From Microbulbifer thermotolerans (GTDB taxonomy: Bacteria; Pseudomonadota; Gammaproteobacteria; Pseudomonadales; Cellvibrionaceae), in contig NZ_FOKT01000002.1 in assembly GCF_900112305.1 (NCBI RefSeq), positions 497,228 to 529,227 of the forward strand: 32,000 nt of DNA, read 5' to 3'. The notes below the pieces were generated by a model, which did not search any database, was not told the DNA's origin, and was given only the letters and a program-made list of their open reading frames with translations. Shown one piece after another: positions 1 through 10,077 of this stretch. Every line of letters starts with the position of its first letter. The stretch's first letter is position 1. A program made the position numbers and the translations under genes.

Positions 1-445
1 CCTGCACAATCAGTGCCGGGCACTCGAGCCGCTGCAGATGCTCAGTGCGCAATCTTTCCGGCTTGCCCCGCGGGTGGAAGGGATAACCCAAGCAAATCAA
101 ACCGGCCACATCGCCACTGTCTGAATATTCCTGTGCCAACAAGCTGGCCACTCTTCCTCCCATGGATTTACCGCCGATAAAGAGCGGCAACGGGCTGCTC
201 GCGGACGCTATCTGTGCGCGATAGCAGTCCAGCAATACCGGCATCGGGTTCGGTGGACGCTTTCCGCCACCCGCGCGCCTCGCCGCTATATAGGGAAACT
301 CAAAGCGGATCACTTCAATGTCACGGACACACAGGCCGGAGGCGATGGTCTGCATAAAATCGCTGTCCATGGGCGCACCGGCGCCATGGGCAAAGAGAAA
401 GCGGGCCCGCGGCCGGGACGGGCGGTCAATCAGCAGGTCAGACAT
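1..445 (-). CDS. alpha/beta family hydrolase (KANL3/Tex30-like), C-terminus beyond window edge
   Basis: Manual translation of the minus strand from 445: [32 protein letters not shown]...[18 protein letters not shown]...; GxSxG-type nucleophile motif GKSMGG; open to window start. Confidence 0.85.
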   Translation of the reverse strand, partial: MSDLLIDRPSRPRARFLFAHGAGAPMDSDFMQTIASGLCVRDIEVIRFEFPYIAARRAGGGKRPPNPMPVLLDCYRAQIASASSPLPLFIGGKSMGGRVASLLAQEYSDSGDVAGLICLGYPFHPRGKPERLRTEHLQRLECPALIVQ

Positions 446-662
446 AGCCTTCCACATCCCGCGCCAACACCAGATTGACCGATTCTTCTCCGGGCTCGAA
501 CCAGATTACCACCTCGCCGGATTGCAATTGCCGGCGTAAATTCGCCACCTTATCACTCAGGCTTAACTCCCGCTCACCGTAGTCGGTGCCTTCGCGGGTC
601 ACATACTCCTCCAGGAGATTCTGCAGCGTATCTGGATCGAGTTGTTGAAAGGGAATAATCAT
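438..662 (-). CDS. yheU: YheU family (UPF0270) small protein
   Basis: 74 aa [39 protein letters not shown]..., typical YheU pattern; overlaps start of the downstream hydrolase. Confidence 0.85.
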   Translation of the reverse strand: MIIPFQQLDPDTLQNLLEEYVTREGTDYGERELSLSDKVANLRRQLQSGEVVIWFEPGEESVNLVLARDVEGYV

Positions 663-774
663 AAAATTGAAGGGAAATAAATTCAGGAGAAGCGGTGGCC
701 GCGACTTGGGAGCGCCTGACGCGTTCGCTCTCGCCCCCAGGCAAAGCCCAACTCAGTCGCGGCCGTCGCCCCGC

Positions 775-1581
775 TTACATTTTCGGCTTGCGGAAGCGCA
801 AGGTCATACGATCACTCTCGCCGATCGCAAGATATTTATCCTTGTCCTTGTCGCCGAGACGCAACGAGGGAGGCAGAGTCCAGACGCCTTTCGGGTGATC
901 GGCGGTATCTTTGGGGTTGGCGTTTACCTCGCTGGACGCTTCCAGCACAAAACCCGCTTTTTCCGCCAGATCGATCACGTAAGCCTGGGTGACATAACCG
1001 CTCTCGATCATGCGCTCTCGGGAAGTGCCCGGCTTGGCCCGGTGCTCAACCACGCCGAGTATGCCGCCGGGTTTCAGCGCGGCAAAAAACTGATTAAACG
1101 CTTTCTGATCGTTGTCACTGCGCATCCAGTTATGCACATTGCGGAATGTCAGCACCGCATCGGCACTGCCCGCGGGCGCAATTTCTTTAGCGGAAGCCGG
1201 GTCAAACTCGGTCAAAATCACCTTGCCGTAGTTGTCCTTGTCCGCGGCCAACTTTTCCTTAAAGGCAGCGAGAGAGCGCTGGTAGTAACCGACATCGCTA
1301 TCTTGCGGAAAATGGGCTGCGTAGAAGGTCCCCTTGTCCTTCAGATACGGCGCGAGAATTTCGGTGTACCAGCCACCACCGGGGGAAATCTCCACCACCG
1401 TCATATGCGGCGCTATGCCGAAGAACGCCAAGGTCTCCGCCGGATGGCGGTATTTGTCGCGCGCTACATAGGCTTCCGTGCGGTGTTTACCTGCGATCAC
1501 CGGCTCGAGGTCGTTCGCCTGAGCCGCACCAGCAAAAGCCGCGGAACAAAGCACCGCGGCCAGAATTTGCTTGATATTCAT
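775..1581 (-). CDS. exported class I SAM-dependent methyltransferase-like protein
   Basis: 268 aa; N-terminal signal peptide (MNIKQILAAVLCSAAFAGAAQA), VVEISPGGGWYTEILAP SAM-binding motif. Confidence 0.85.
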   Translation of the reverse strand: MNIKQILAAVLCSAAFAGAAQANDLEPVIAGKHRTEAYVARDKYRHPAETLAFFGIAPHMTVVEISPGGGWYTEILAPYLKDKGTFYAAHFPQDSDVGYYQRSLAAFKEKLAADKDNYGKVILTEFDPASAKEIAPAGSADAVLTFRNVHNWMRSDNDQKAFNQFFAALKPGGILGVVEHRAKPGTSRERMIESGYVTQAYVIDLAEKAGFVLEASSEVNANPKDTADHPKGVWTLPPSLRLGDKDKDKYLAIGESDRMTLRFRKPKM

Positions 1582-1904
1582 ACTGTCTCCTGTTTGTTAT
1601 TACCGTTTAATTTCCTCTGAACACTGTCGATTTTATCCTGCAAAGACTGCTGGCGGTCAGTACGAGTTCCCAGTTTCAGGCTGGTACTGATGCGCGGCGC
1701 ACCCATGGCGTGCACACGTTCGTGGCAGCGCTTTACCGCTGCCATTACCCTGTCCCAGTCCCCCTCGATATTGGTACCATATGCGTGCAACCGGTACTCC
1801 AGCCCGGCCTCATCCAACACCCGCTGGCACTCGGCGATGTAGGTGCCGACGGACACCCCGACCCCCAGGGGGATAAGACACAAATCTGCGTGTACTTTCA
1901 TCGA
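1578..1904 (-). CDS. MTH1187/YkoF-like thiamine-binding protein
   Basis: MKVHADLCLIPLGVGVSVGTYIAECQRVLDEAGLEYRLHAYGTNIEGDWDRVMAAVKRCHERVHAMGAPRISTSLKLGTRTD; family pattern. Internal Met chosen as start of the 134-aa ORF. Confidence 0.85.
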   Translation of the reverse strand, partial: SMKVHADLCLIPLGVGVSVGTYIAECQRVLDEAGLEYRLHAYGTNIEGDWDRVMAAVKRCHERVHAMGAPRISTSLKLGTRTDRQQSLQDKIDSVQRKLNGNNKQETV

Positions 1905-1993
1905 CAAAATCTCCCAAAGTGAAACGACCAGCTCGCGGGCGTTATCAAATACAATGCAGTGTAACCGCCCCCTAGACAGCAAAGGAACAGGCT

Positions 1994-2524
1994 ATGCAAC
2001 AGCACCTCGTTATCTCCCTGATCAGTGACGACAAACCCGGCGTGGTGGAAAAATTATCCGCCGCGATCGCGGACAATCGCGGCAACTGGGAAGACAGCCG
2101 CATGGCACACCTGGCCGGAAAGTTCGCTGGCATACTGCGCGTCAGCGTGCCCAGCGAAGCCAGTCAGGGGTTGAAGGACGCGCTCGCGGCTCTCGCCGAC
2201 GAGGGCTTCAAATTACAGATCGAAGAGGCCCTTGCCGTAGCCGCAGGCCCGCAGCAAACACTGAGACTAAAACTGGTCGGCAACGATCGCCCGGGTATCG
2301 TACACGAAATCGCCCGCGCCCTCGCCGCGCGCCGGATCAATATGGAACAGCTGGAAACCGGTTACGGCAGCACCCCGTGGAGCGGAGAACCACTGTTCAC
2401 CGCCGAATGTATGATCAGCGTGGCGGGCGACATGGATCTCGAGGGGCTCCGCGACGAGCTGGACGAGATCGCCGACGAATTAGGAGTCGATATCGACTGC
2501 GAAGAAGTGCCCACCGCGGTATAA
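1994..2524 (+). CDS. gcvR: glycine cleavage system regulator R-like tandem ACT-domain protein
   Basis: 176 aa with two ACT-type segments (LVISLISDDKPGVVEKLSAAI..., LKLVGNDRPGIVHEIARALA...). Confidence 0.75.
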   Translation: MQQHLVISLISDDKPGVVEKLSAAIADNRGNWEDSRMAHLAGKFAGILRVSVPSEASQGLKDALAALADEGFKLQIEEALAVAAGPQQTLRLKLVGNDRPGIVHEIARALAARRINMEQLETGYGSTPWSGEPLFTAECMISVAGDMDLEGLRDELDEIADELGVDIDCEEVPTAV

Positions 2525-2632
2525 TCCGCCCCCACTTTCTGCGGGAGCCCGCCCCGAAACAGATACCCGCGCGCAATCAACCGGCTCGCGGTGGGGGGCT
2601 CGCGCAGCAACTCAGTGGTACGCCATCGGCCA

Positions 2633-3103
2633 ATGTTCAAGATCGTCCTCTACCAACCGGAAATCGCCCCCAACACCGGCAACATCATCCGCCTCTGCGC
2701 CAATACCGGTGCCGAGCTGCACCTGATTGAACCACTCGGATTTGCGATGGACGACAAGCGCCTGCGCCGCGCGGGTCTGGACTACGGCGAATACAGCCGC
2801 GTGCGGCGCCACCGCGACTGGGCGGCATTCGCCGAGGCGGAGCGGCCGACACGCATCCTCGCGCTCTCCACCAAGGGCAGGCGCAGACATACGGATATCG
2901 ACTACCGCCCCGGCGACGCCATCGTTTTCGGACCGGAGACCCGCGGTCTGCCGGCAGACTTTCTCCAACAAGTGGGCTCCGCGCACACGCTGCGCATCCC
3001 AATGCGGCCAGAGAGCCGCAGCATGAATCTCTCCAACGCCGCTGCGGTGGTGATTTACGAGGCCTGGCGCCAGCTGGACTATGCCGGCGCCGCAACGCAA
3101 TAG
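2633..3103 (+). CDS. trmL: tRNA (cytidine(34)-2'-O)-methyltransferase
   Basis: [37 protein letters not shown]...FGPETRGLP...[28 protein letters not shown]; SPOUT TrmL signature motifs. Confidence 0.95.
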   Translation: MFKIVLYQPEIAPNTGNIIRLCANTGAELHLIEPLGFAMDDKRLRRAGLDYGEYSRVRRHRDWAAFAEAERPTRILALSTKGRRRHTDIDYRPGDAIVFGPETRGLPADFLQQVGSAHTLRIPMRPESRSMNLSNAAAVVIYEAWRQLDYAGAATQ

Positions 3104-3114
3104 TTTTACCGGAT

Positions 3115-3648
3115 ATGCAAACACCTCTTGCCCCCATTGGGCTTTTTTACGGTTCCAGCACCTGTTACACGGAAATGGCCGCGGAGAAAATCCGCGACCG
3201 GATCGGCGCCGAGTGGATAGACCTGCACAATGTCGCCGACAGCGATATCGCCCTGGCCGAGCAATACGACTTTCTCATCTTCGGTATCCCCACCTGGGAC
3301 TACGGCGAATTGCAGGAAGACTGGGAAAACGTGTGGGACGAGTTGGCCCAGCTGGATCTGTCTGGAAAAACCGTGGCCCTTTATGGACTCGGCGATCAGG
3401 CCGGTTACCCGCAGTGGTTTCAGGACGCCCTCGGCTACCTGCACGCCCAAGTGCGCGCCTGCGGCGCCCGCACCGTAGGACACTGGCCCGCGGAAGGCTA
3501 TACATTTGAAGCCTCTAAGGGGCTGACAGAAGACGGCACACACTTTGTCGGCCTGGCCCTGGATGAGGAAAGCGAATTCGAAAAGAGTGACGCACGCCTC
3601 GACCAATGGTGCACCCAGATAATGCGCGAGTTCGGCTTGCAATCCTGA
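3115..3648 (+). CDS. fldB: flavodoxin FldB
   Basis: 177 aa; [22 protein letters not shown]-binding loop, [38 protein letters not shown]. Confidence 0.93.
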   Translation: MQTPLAPIGLFYGSSTCYTEMAAEKIRDRIGAEWIDLHNVADSDIALAEQYDFLIFGIPTWDYGELQEDWENVWDELAQLDLSGKTVALYGLGDQAGYPQWFQDALGYLHAQVRACGARTVGHWPAEGYTFEASKGLTEDGTHFVGLALDEESEFEKSDARLDQWCTQIMREFGLQS

Positions 3649-3663
3649 GGGGACACAATAGCA

Positions 3664-5691
3664 ATGCGCGAAGAATCCCCCTACGCAGACATCCTTTGGC
3701 GCGACGACGCCCAGCCGTTATCGAGGGCCTTTGACGACATCTATTTCTCCACCAGCTCCGGCCTGGAAGAGAGCCGCTACGTCTTCCTGCAACAAAACGA
3801 CCTGCCCCAACGCTGGGCGACTCTGAAACCGAGCGACACCTTTACTATCGGCGAAACCGGCTTCGGTACCGGCCTCAATTTCCTCACCGCCTGGGAGCTG
3901 TGGCGGCAACGGGCGCCAGCCGGCGCGCGCCTGCATTTTATCTCGGTGGAGAAATATCCCCTCCACCCCAGCGATCTGCGCCGCGCCCTGGACTTGTGGC
4001 CCCAGCTGCAGCCGCTGGCGGAACAGTTGATACGAGAATATCCGCCACTGCTGGCCAAGGGTGTACACCGGCTGCACTTAGAGCAGGCCACCCTTACCCT
4101 CGTTGTCGGCGAAGCCAGCGAAGCCTTCCACAACCTTCGCCTGGAAGACGACAGCCGCGACCAGTTAGTGGATGCCTGGTTCCTGGACGGTTTTGCCCCG
4201 GCGAAAAATCCCGCCATGTGGACCTCGGAGCTGTTCGAAAATCTCGCCGCACTCAGCAGACCCGGCGCCACCTTTGCAACTTTCACCTGTGCGGGGCTGG
4301 TAAAACGAGGCCTCAAGGCAGCCGGTTTCACAATACAAAAAGTGCCCGGATTCGGTCGGAAACGGGAAATGTTGCGCGGCCGGCTGGAAGCGCGAAAGCC
4401 GAGCCAAATCACCGCCACCCCCTGGCACCTGCCGGGTGGAAATCCCGAAATAAAGATCCGCAAAGTAGCCGTGGTGGGTGCGGGCATCTCCGGCGCCACC
4501 ACTGCCCGCACCCTGGCCGAACGCGGGATCGAGGTTCACGTCTTCGACCAGGCCCCGACACCGGGTGCCGGGGCATCCGGCAATGCGCAAGGCGTCCTGT
4601 ACGCGAAGCTTTCCCCCAAGCCCGGCCCTAACGGGGACTTCAACCTGCACGCACTGATGTATGCGCTCCGCTACTACCAGCGGCACTGCCCTGAATCCGT
4701 GCATTTCTCCGGGCTGCTGCAACTGGCACAGACGGACAAAGAACGCCAGCTGCAGGCACAGATCGGCCAGTGGCTGGCACCGTACCGGGGCAAATCACTG
4801 GCAACAGAAGTAACACCGGCACAGGCAAGTGAGATCGCGGGGCTTCCACTGGCGTTTGGCGGGCTCTACTTTCCCCAGGCGGGATGGCTGGAGCCGCAAA
4901 AGGTCTGCGAGGCACTGCTGCGGCACCGCAATATCCACCTGCACTACACGCGCAAAATCGACCAGCTCACTGCGACGGATTGCGGCTGGCAACTCACAAG
5001 TGCGGAAACCGGGTTGCAAGAGGAGACGGCGAAAGAAAGCGTATTGACTGCGGACGCAGTGGTAATCTGTACCGCCAACGGCATACGTCATTTCCTGCAA
5101 ACCGCCGCCCTGCCCCTGCGCCCCATCCGAGGCCAGGTGTCCAGCGCCCCCGCCGACGATTTGTCGCGACAACTGAAAATCACCCTCTGCGGCGAAGGCT
5201 ATATCGCCCCGGCTCACAACGGGCGCCACTGCTTCGGCGCCACCTTTAAATTGAAAGAAACTGCGACGGACTTGCGCGCGGAGGAACACCGGGAAAATCT
5301 GCATACCCTGGCGGAAATGCTGCCCCCGATAGCCGACGCATTTTCCACCCAATCGATCAGTGGGCGAGCGGCTTTGCGTGCGGCAACGCCCGACTACCTG
5401 CCGATTGCAGGCCCTATTCCAATTTGGGATTCGTTAGAAGAAACCTACGCGGAACTGCGAAAAAACCGCAAACGCCTAATTCCGCAAAAAGCGCCTTACC
5501 AGCCGCACCTGTATGCGCTTGGCGGTCTGGGCTCGCGCGGCTTCGCCTATGCGCCCCTGGCAGCGGAGGTCATCGCCGCTTGGTTGTGCGGCGAAGCCAT
5601 GCCGGTTTGCAACACTTTGGCAAAAGCGCTGCACCCGGCCCGTTTCGCGGTCAGGGATCTCGGTAAAAACCGCAAGGGAGTGGCATCCTAG
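3664..5691 (+). CDS. mnmC: bifunctional tRNA mnm5s2U methyltransferase/FAD-dependent oxidoreductase
   Basis: 675 aa; ETGFGTGLNFL, DAWFLDGFAPAKNPAMW (MnmD domain), VAVVGAGISGATTARTLAERG (FAD domain). Confidence 0.97.
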   Translation: MREESPYADILWRDDAQPLSRAFDDIYFSTSSGLEESRYVFLQQNDLPQRWATLKPSDTFTIGETGFGTGLNFLTAWELWRQRAPAGARLHFISVEKYPLHPSDLRRALDLWPQLQPLAEQLIREYPPLLAKGVHRLHLEQATLTLVVGEASEAFHNLRLEDDSRDQLVDAWFLDGFAPAKNPAMWTSELFENLAALSRPGATFATFTCAGLVKRGLKAAGFTIQKVPGFGRKREMLRGRLEARKPSQITATPWHLPGGNPEIKIRKVAVVGAGISGATTARTLAERGIEVHVFDQAPTPGAGASGNAQGVLYAKLSPKPGPNGDFNLHALMYALRYYQRHCPESVHFSGLLQLAQTDKERQLQAQIGQWLAPYRGKSLATEVTPAQASEIAGLPLAFGGLYFPQAGWLEPQKVCEALLRHRNIHLHYTRKIDQLTATDCGWQLTSAETGLQEETAKESVLTADAVVICTANGIRHFLQTAALPLRPIRGQVSSAPADDLSRQLKITLCGEGYIAPAHNGRHCFGATFKLKETATDLRAEEHRENLHTLAEMLPPIADAFSTQSISGRAALRAATPDYLPIAGPIPIWDSLEETYAELRKNRKRLIPQKAPYQPHLYALGGLGSRGFAYAPLAAEVIAAWLCGEAMPVCNTLAKALHPARFAVRDLGKNRKGVAS

Positions 5692-5711
5692 CGGGGTGGA
5701 ATCAGAAACCT

Positions 5712-5932
5712 TTAGGGAACCTCTGATTAATTCGCTTCCTGACGGTAAAAATTCTTTGGAGCTAGATGAGAAGCTCAGGTGATAGGATGGCCATTTCGAA
5801 ACCGTCGGATACAAGGATGTATCCGTCGGAGCTACAGGGAAGTACTCGTGCGTTTTCGAAATGGCCATCCTATTGCCTGAGCGCCACGGAACTAACCAAA
5901 GCGTTCGCGCGAATTAATCAGAGGTTCCTTAG
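5712..5932 (+). repeat. MITE-like element copy 1 (full length, 221 bp incl. TTAG flanks)
   Basis: TTAGGGAACCTCTGATTAATTCGC ... GCGAATTAATCAGAGGTTCCTTAG; long terminal inverted repeats; body shared with 15026-15246; internal perfect hairpin CGGATACA-AGGA-TGTATCCG. Confidence 0.85.
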
Positions 5933-6012
5933 GGAATCCATGTCAGCCGAGTATTAGAAGCCGCGCTTGCACACATCTGCAGCTGCATACACGCGAATGA
6001 GCCGCCATTTCC

Positions 6013-6633
6013 CTAGATCCGCTCCTTTGGCGCCAACAGGCTGCCGCTTCCAGCTCCGCAGGCGACAATGGACTTCATGGCCGCTTCCACCGTGACCTCG
6101 GGCAAAATCTCCACGCACCCCGCCGGCACATGGTATACAAGCCCGGAAGTGGGCACCGGCGCTGTGGGCACGTAAACGGTGTAATCACCGTTGGGATGGC
6201 GGGAGGTGACGATCGCCGTCACCGACAGCGGGTGGTCCGGGCCGTGAATCCGCACCCTGGCAACTGGTCCCGACAGCACGCCCTCCCCGGCTCCGCCGCC
6301 AATAAACTGCAGCACCAGTTCCTTAATGGTGTTGTAACCGGGCGCCAACCGGCCGAGCCAGTGGTCCAAGTGCCGATGCAACCAGCGCCCCACACTGGTC
6401 TTGACCAAAAGGCCGATCACAAAGCACCCGCCCAACATCAGCACTATCACCGCCAGTTTGGCGAGGGTATCCTTGAAATCTGTGTGCGCCTCCAGCCAGG
6501 CGACAGCGGGCGCCACCAGCTCGCTGATCTGGCCGAACAACCATTGAAACAGCAAAATAAAGATGGCGATGGGCAACACCACCGCCAGCCCCCCGAGAAG
6601 GGTCAACGTCACAAAGGTTTTTACTCTGGTCAT
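6013..6633 (-). CDS. DUF502 family membrane protein
   Basis: 206 aa with two hydrophobic TM segments near N-terminus and GLVYHVPAGCVEILPEVTVEAAMKSIVACGAGS C-terminus. Confidence 0.85.
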   Translation of the reverse strand: MTRVKTFVTLTLLGGLAVVLPIAIFILLFQWLFGQISELVAPAVAWLEAHTDFKDTLAKLAVIVLMLGGCFVIGLLVKTSVGRWLHRHLDHWLGRLAPGYNTIKELVLQFIGGGAGEGVLSGPVARVRIHGPDHPLSVTAIVTSRHPNGDYTVYVPTAPVPTSGLVYHVPAGCVEILPEVTVEAAMKSIVACGAGSGSLLAPKERI

Positions 6634-6645
6634 AACTTTCTTCTA

Positions 6646-7449
6646 ATGCGTAAATTCACGATTCTGTTTCTGCTTCTGCTCTCTCCCCTCACACTGGCCG
6701 AAACGCCGCCAAGCGTCCCCTTCTCGGTCCTTGAAGAGCGCCAGCGCCCAGCCGATCACTTCACACAGGGGCTCTATTTCGACGGCCAGCGCTGGTGGGA
6801 GAGCAGCGGTCTCTACGGCCGATCCTGGCTGGCGGAGTATAGCGATCCCGGCGCCAGTCCCCTAAGGCGTAAATGGCTGGCGGAGAACCGCTTTGCCGAG
6901 GGATTGACGGTATTCGGCGACAGGCTATACCTGCTTACCTGGAAAGCGGGGGAAGTGCAAATTTACCGCGCCGCCGACCTGTCGCCTCTGGGCCTGCGCC
7001 GCTATGCTGGCGAAGGCTGGGGGCTCACCAGCGACGGCGAGCACCTGATTATGAGTAACGGCAGCGGCAAATTGACGTTCCGCGACCCGGAAACCTTTGC
7101 CGTGCTGCGCAGTGTGGAAGTGCACGGCGGTGGGGAAAAGTGGAAATGGTTAAACGAGCTGGAATACGCGAACGGGTTGATCTGGGCCAATATCTGGCAG
7201 GACAGTCGACTTATCGCCATAGACCCCAAAAGCGGAGAAGTGCGCGGACTGATCGACTTGAAACAATTGACGCCATCCCTGCATCACCCGGACGCAGTCG
7301 CCAACGGTATCGCCTGGGACCGGGTACGCAATGGCCTGTGGGTGACGGGGAAATACTGGCCGAAGCTCTACCTGATCCGGCCGCACGGACTGGGCTTTGC
7401 GCCGCGGTCAAAGTCAGCCCCAGCAAAATCAACAGCACCCGGCAACTAA
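6646..7449 (+). CDS. glutaminyl-peptide (glutamine) cyclotransferase
   Basis: MRKFTILFLLLLSPLTLAETPPSVPFSVLEERQRPADHFTQGLYFDGQRWWESSGLYGRSWL...ELEYANGLIWANIWQDSRLIAIDPKSGEV...DAVANGIAWD; family motifs; Met at 6646 is in frame with the longer tracked ORF. Confidence 0.9.
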   Translation: MRKFTILFLLLLSPLTLAETPPSVPFSVLEERQRPADHFTQGLYFDGQRWWESSGLYGRSWLAEYSDPGASPLRRKWLAENRFAEGLTVFGDRLYLLTWKAGEVQIYRAADLSPLGLRRYAGEGWGLTSDGEHLIMSNGSGKLTFRDPETFAVLRSVEVHGGGEKWKWLNELEYANGLIWANIWQDSRLIAIDPKSGEVRGLIDLKQLTPSLHHPDAVANGIAWDRVRNGLWVTGKYWPKLYLIRPHGLGFAPRSKSAPAKSTAPGN

Positions 7450-7492
7450 ACCCAGGCGCTATCCCGCGAGCCGTTGCGAAAAATAACGTGGA

Positions 7493-7930
7493 CTAAGGAT
7501 TGGGTCCGGCGCGGTGGTCGACCACCGTCAACAGTCCGCCGTCGCGTATCAAATCCAGCGCCTGGCCCACAATCCGCAAACGGTAACCGTGTCCACGGCT
7601 CTCCAGGCTTACGCCGTCAAAACCGTTGACACCATCGTAGAGCCGCATCTGCTCACCTTCATCACCGACCCACTGTACCTCCTTTACCTTGCGCATACCC
7701 GGCAGTTCCAGTGTCAGCGTATCCAAATGATCCGGCAGAGGCCGCAAGGTCACACGACCAATACCAGACGCCGTGGCAAGTGCAAACGCTAACTGATTCT
7801 CCGGCGCCGGGTGCCAGCCCAGATGAGTGTCGGCCAGCGCCGATTGCACCAAGGTATGAGGGGAAGTGGCGGAACATCCCGCAACGCCCACCCCCATCAT
7901 CACCAGCACCAAGATTACTGAAGCTCGCAT
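7493..7930 (-). CDS. hypothetical lipoprotein
   Basis: 145 aa with N-terminal signal and lipobox (VGVAGC). Confidence 0.7.
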   Translation of the reverse strand: MRASVILVLVMMGVGVAGCSATSPHTLVQSALADTHLGWHPAPENQLAFALATASGIGRVTLRPLPDHLDTLTLELPGMRKVKEVQWVGDEGEQMRLYDGVNGFDGVSLESRGHGYRLRIVGQALDLIRDGGLLTVVDHRAGPNP

Positions 7931-8093
7931 CGCCTTATCCTTGTCTGTGCATGCGGTGCGGCGATTATAGACCTGAGAACTACGTCACAGAAACAAGTAG
8001 ATGACACAATCAAGGGGCGAATACCCTTCCAGCCTCCCTCACCTGTCCCACCGGTAGCGTCCCCGGCACCTGCACGCGCTATACTCCGCCGCC

Positions 8094-9911
8094 ATGGACG
8101 CACCACAAGAAATTCTCGAACACGTTTTCGGCTACACCCGGTTCCGAGGGCAACAGAGACAGATCATCGACACACTCATGGCAGGTCGCGACGCTCTGGT
8201 ACTGATGCCCACTGGAGGCGGCAAATCCCTGTGCTATCAGATACCGGCCCTGGCCCGCCCCGGCTGCGGTGTGGTGATATCACCACTGATCGCCCTGATG
8301 CAGGACCAAGTGGAAGCACTGCGGGCCGCCGGTGTGCGCGCGGCTTACCTCAACTCTTCCCTGCCTTTCAGCGAGGCCCAGCGAGTCGAAGAGGCGCTGG
8401 TGCGCGGAGAAATGGACCTGCTCTACCTGGCCCCCGAACGGCTGTCGCAAACGCGCACACTGGAACTGTTGCGCCGCGCGGAGCTGTCGCTGTTTGCCAT
8501 CGACGAGGCCCACTGTGTATCCCAATGGGGCCACGATTTCCGCGCAGATTATCTGCAGCTCAATTGCCTGCACGAACAATTTCCCCATGTACCGCGTATC
8601 GCGCTTACTGCCACCGCCGATCGGCGCACCCGCGCGGAAATTGCCCGGCGCCTGGATCTGGAAAACGCCGAGCACTTTGTCAGCAGTTTCGACAGGCCCA
8701 ATATCCAGTACCGCATCGCGCAAAAGGACAATCCACGCCGCCAGCTGCTGCAATTTCTGCGCTCGGAGCACCAGGGGCAGGCGGGTATCGTCTATTGTCT
8801 GTCCCGGACCAAGGTAGAGAGCACCGCCAATTGGCTCTGCCAGCAGGGGTATACCGCCCTGCCCTACCACGCCGGACTACCCGCTGAAATGCGCGCCGAG
8901 CACCAGCGTCGCTTCCTGCGCGAGGACGGAATCATCGTCGTCGCCACCATCGCCTTTGGCATGGGCATCGACAAACCGGACGTGCGCTTCGTCGCCCACC
9001 TGGATTTACCCAAAAGCATTGAAGCCTATTACCAGGAAACTGGCCGCGCCGGACGAGATGGCGAGCCGTCGACGGCACTCCTGCTGTACGGCCTCGAAGA
9101 TGTGGTCAAGCTGTCGCAAATGGCTGCAGATTCCGACGGCAGCGAAGAGCACAAACGCCAAGAGAGCGCGCGCTTGAATGCCATGCTGGGCCTATGCGAA
9201 ATCACCAGCTGCCGTCGCCAGGCCCTGCTGCACTATTTCGGCGAGGAGCTGCCGGAACCCTGCGGCAACTGCGATACCTGCCTAAACCCGCCGCAAACAT
9301 GGGACGGTACGGAAGCCGCGGCGAAGTTGCTGTCCTGCGTCTACCGCACCGGCCAACGCTTCGGCGCCGCCCATGTCATCGACGTGTTGCGCGGATCGGA
9401 AAACGAGAAGGTACGCAAGTTCGGCCACGACACCCTGTCCACCTACGGCATCGGAACCAACTTGTCCGCCAGCGAATGGCGGGCAGTGACGCGGCAACTT
9501 GTGGTACGCGGTTACCTCGAAGTTGAGGGTGAATTCCACAGCCTGCGCCTGACCGAAGCCTGCCGCCCACTACTGCGCGGCGAGGAGCGCATTCAGTTGC
9601 GCAAGCTGCCGCCGAAAGCCAAAGGGGCCCGAAGTGATGCCAGTAAGGCCACTCCACCCGCAGAGATAGCGCCCGCCGATCTGCCGTTGTGGGAAGCGCT
9701 GCGCGCCTGCCGCAAACAGCTCGCGGACCGACACGGTGTACCGCCCTATGTGGTCTTCCACGATGCCACACTGCGCGGCATGGTGGCCGCCCGACCGCAA
9801 AGCCGCGAAGAAATGCTCGCCGTATCCGGTATCGGAGACAGCAAGCTGGAAAAATTCGGGGACGCTTTTCTGGCGGTGTTACGAGACTTCAACCCCTCTG
9901 CTGTCGATTAA
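8094..9911 (+). CDS. recQ: ATP-dependent DNA helicase RecQ
   Basis: 605 aa; [34 protein letters not shown], Zn-binding Cys cluster, HRDC-like C-terminus. Confidence 0.97.
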   Translation: MDAPQEILEHVFGYTRFRGQQRQIIDTLMAGRDALVLMPTGGGKSLCYQIPALARPGCGVVISPLIALMQDQVEALRAAGVRAAYLNSSLPFSEAQRVEEALVRGEMDLLYLAPERLSQTRTLELLRRAELSLFAIDEAHCVSQWGHDFRADYLQLNCLHEQFPHVPRIALTATADRRTRAEIARRLDLENAEHFVSSFDRPNIQYRIAQKDNPRRQLLQFLRSEHQGQAGIVYCLSRTKVESTANWLCQQGYTALPYHAGLPAEMRAEHQRRFLREDGIIVVATIAFGMGIDKPDVRFVAHLDLPKSIEAYYQETGRAGRDGEPSTALLLYGLEDVVKLSQMAADSDGSEEHKRQESARLNAMLGLCEITSCRRQALLHYFGEELPEPCGNCDTCLNPPQTWDGTEAAAKLLSCVYRTGQRFGAAHVIDVLRGSENEKVRKFGHDTLSTYGIGTNLSASEWRAVTRQLVVRGYLEVEGEFHSLRLTEACRPLLRGEERIQLRKLPPKAKGARSDASKATPPAEIAPADLPLWEALRACRKQLADRHGVPPYVVFHDATLRGMVAARPQSREEMLAVSGIGDSKLEKFGDAFLAVLRDFNPSAVD

Positions 9912-10077
9912 TATATTTAACACATGGTTATAAAAAACCCCAGGATATCGCCCGTTGGCTCACCATTGCTGCAAGAGACGCCACACAAAAAACTGAATAA
10001 TCCTTCACCTATTGTAAATTTTATTAATCATCCCTAGACTCACCGCGATACGATAACAAAACCGTACGAGGTGAATC

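Noticed and set aside
5513-5957. Small ORFs inside MITE-like copies (also at 13058-13282 and 15131-15403)
   Set aside because: They are translations of the repeat element itself, differ in frame effects between copies and resemble no protein.
6130-6645. N-terminal extension of the 439-aa ORF before the cyclotransferase
   Set aside because: Overlaps the DUF502 gene antisense and is low-complexity; a signal peptide begins at the in-frame Met at 6646.
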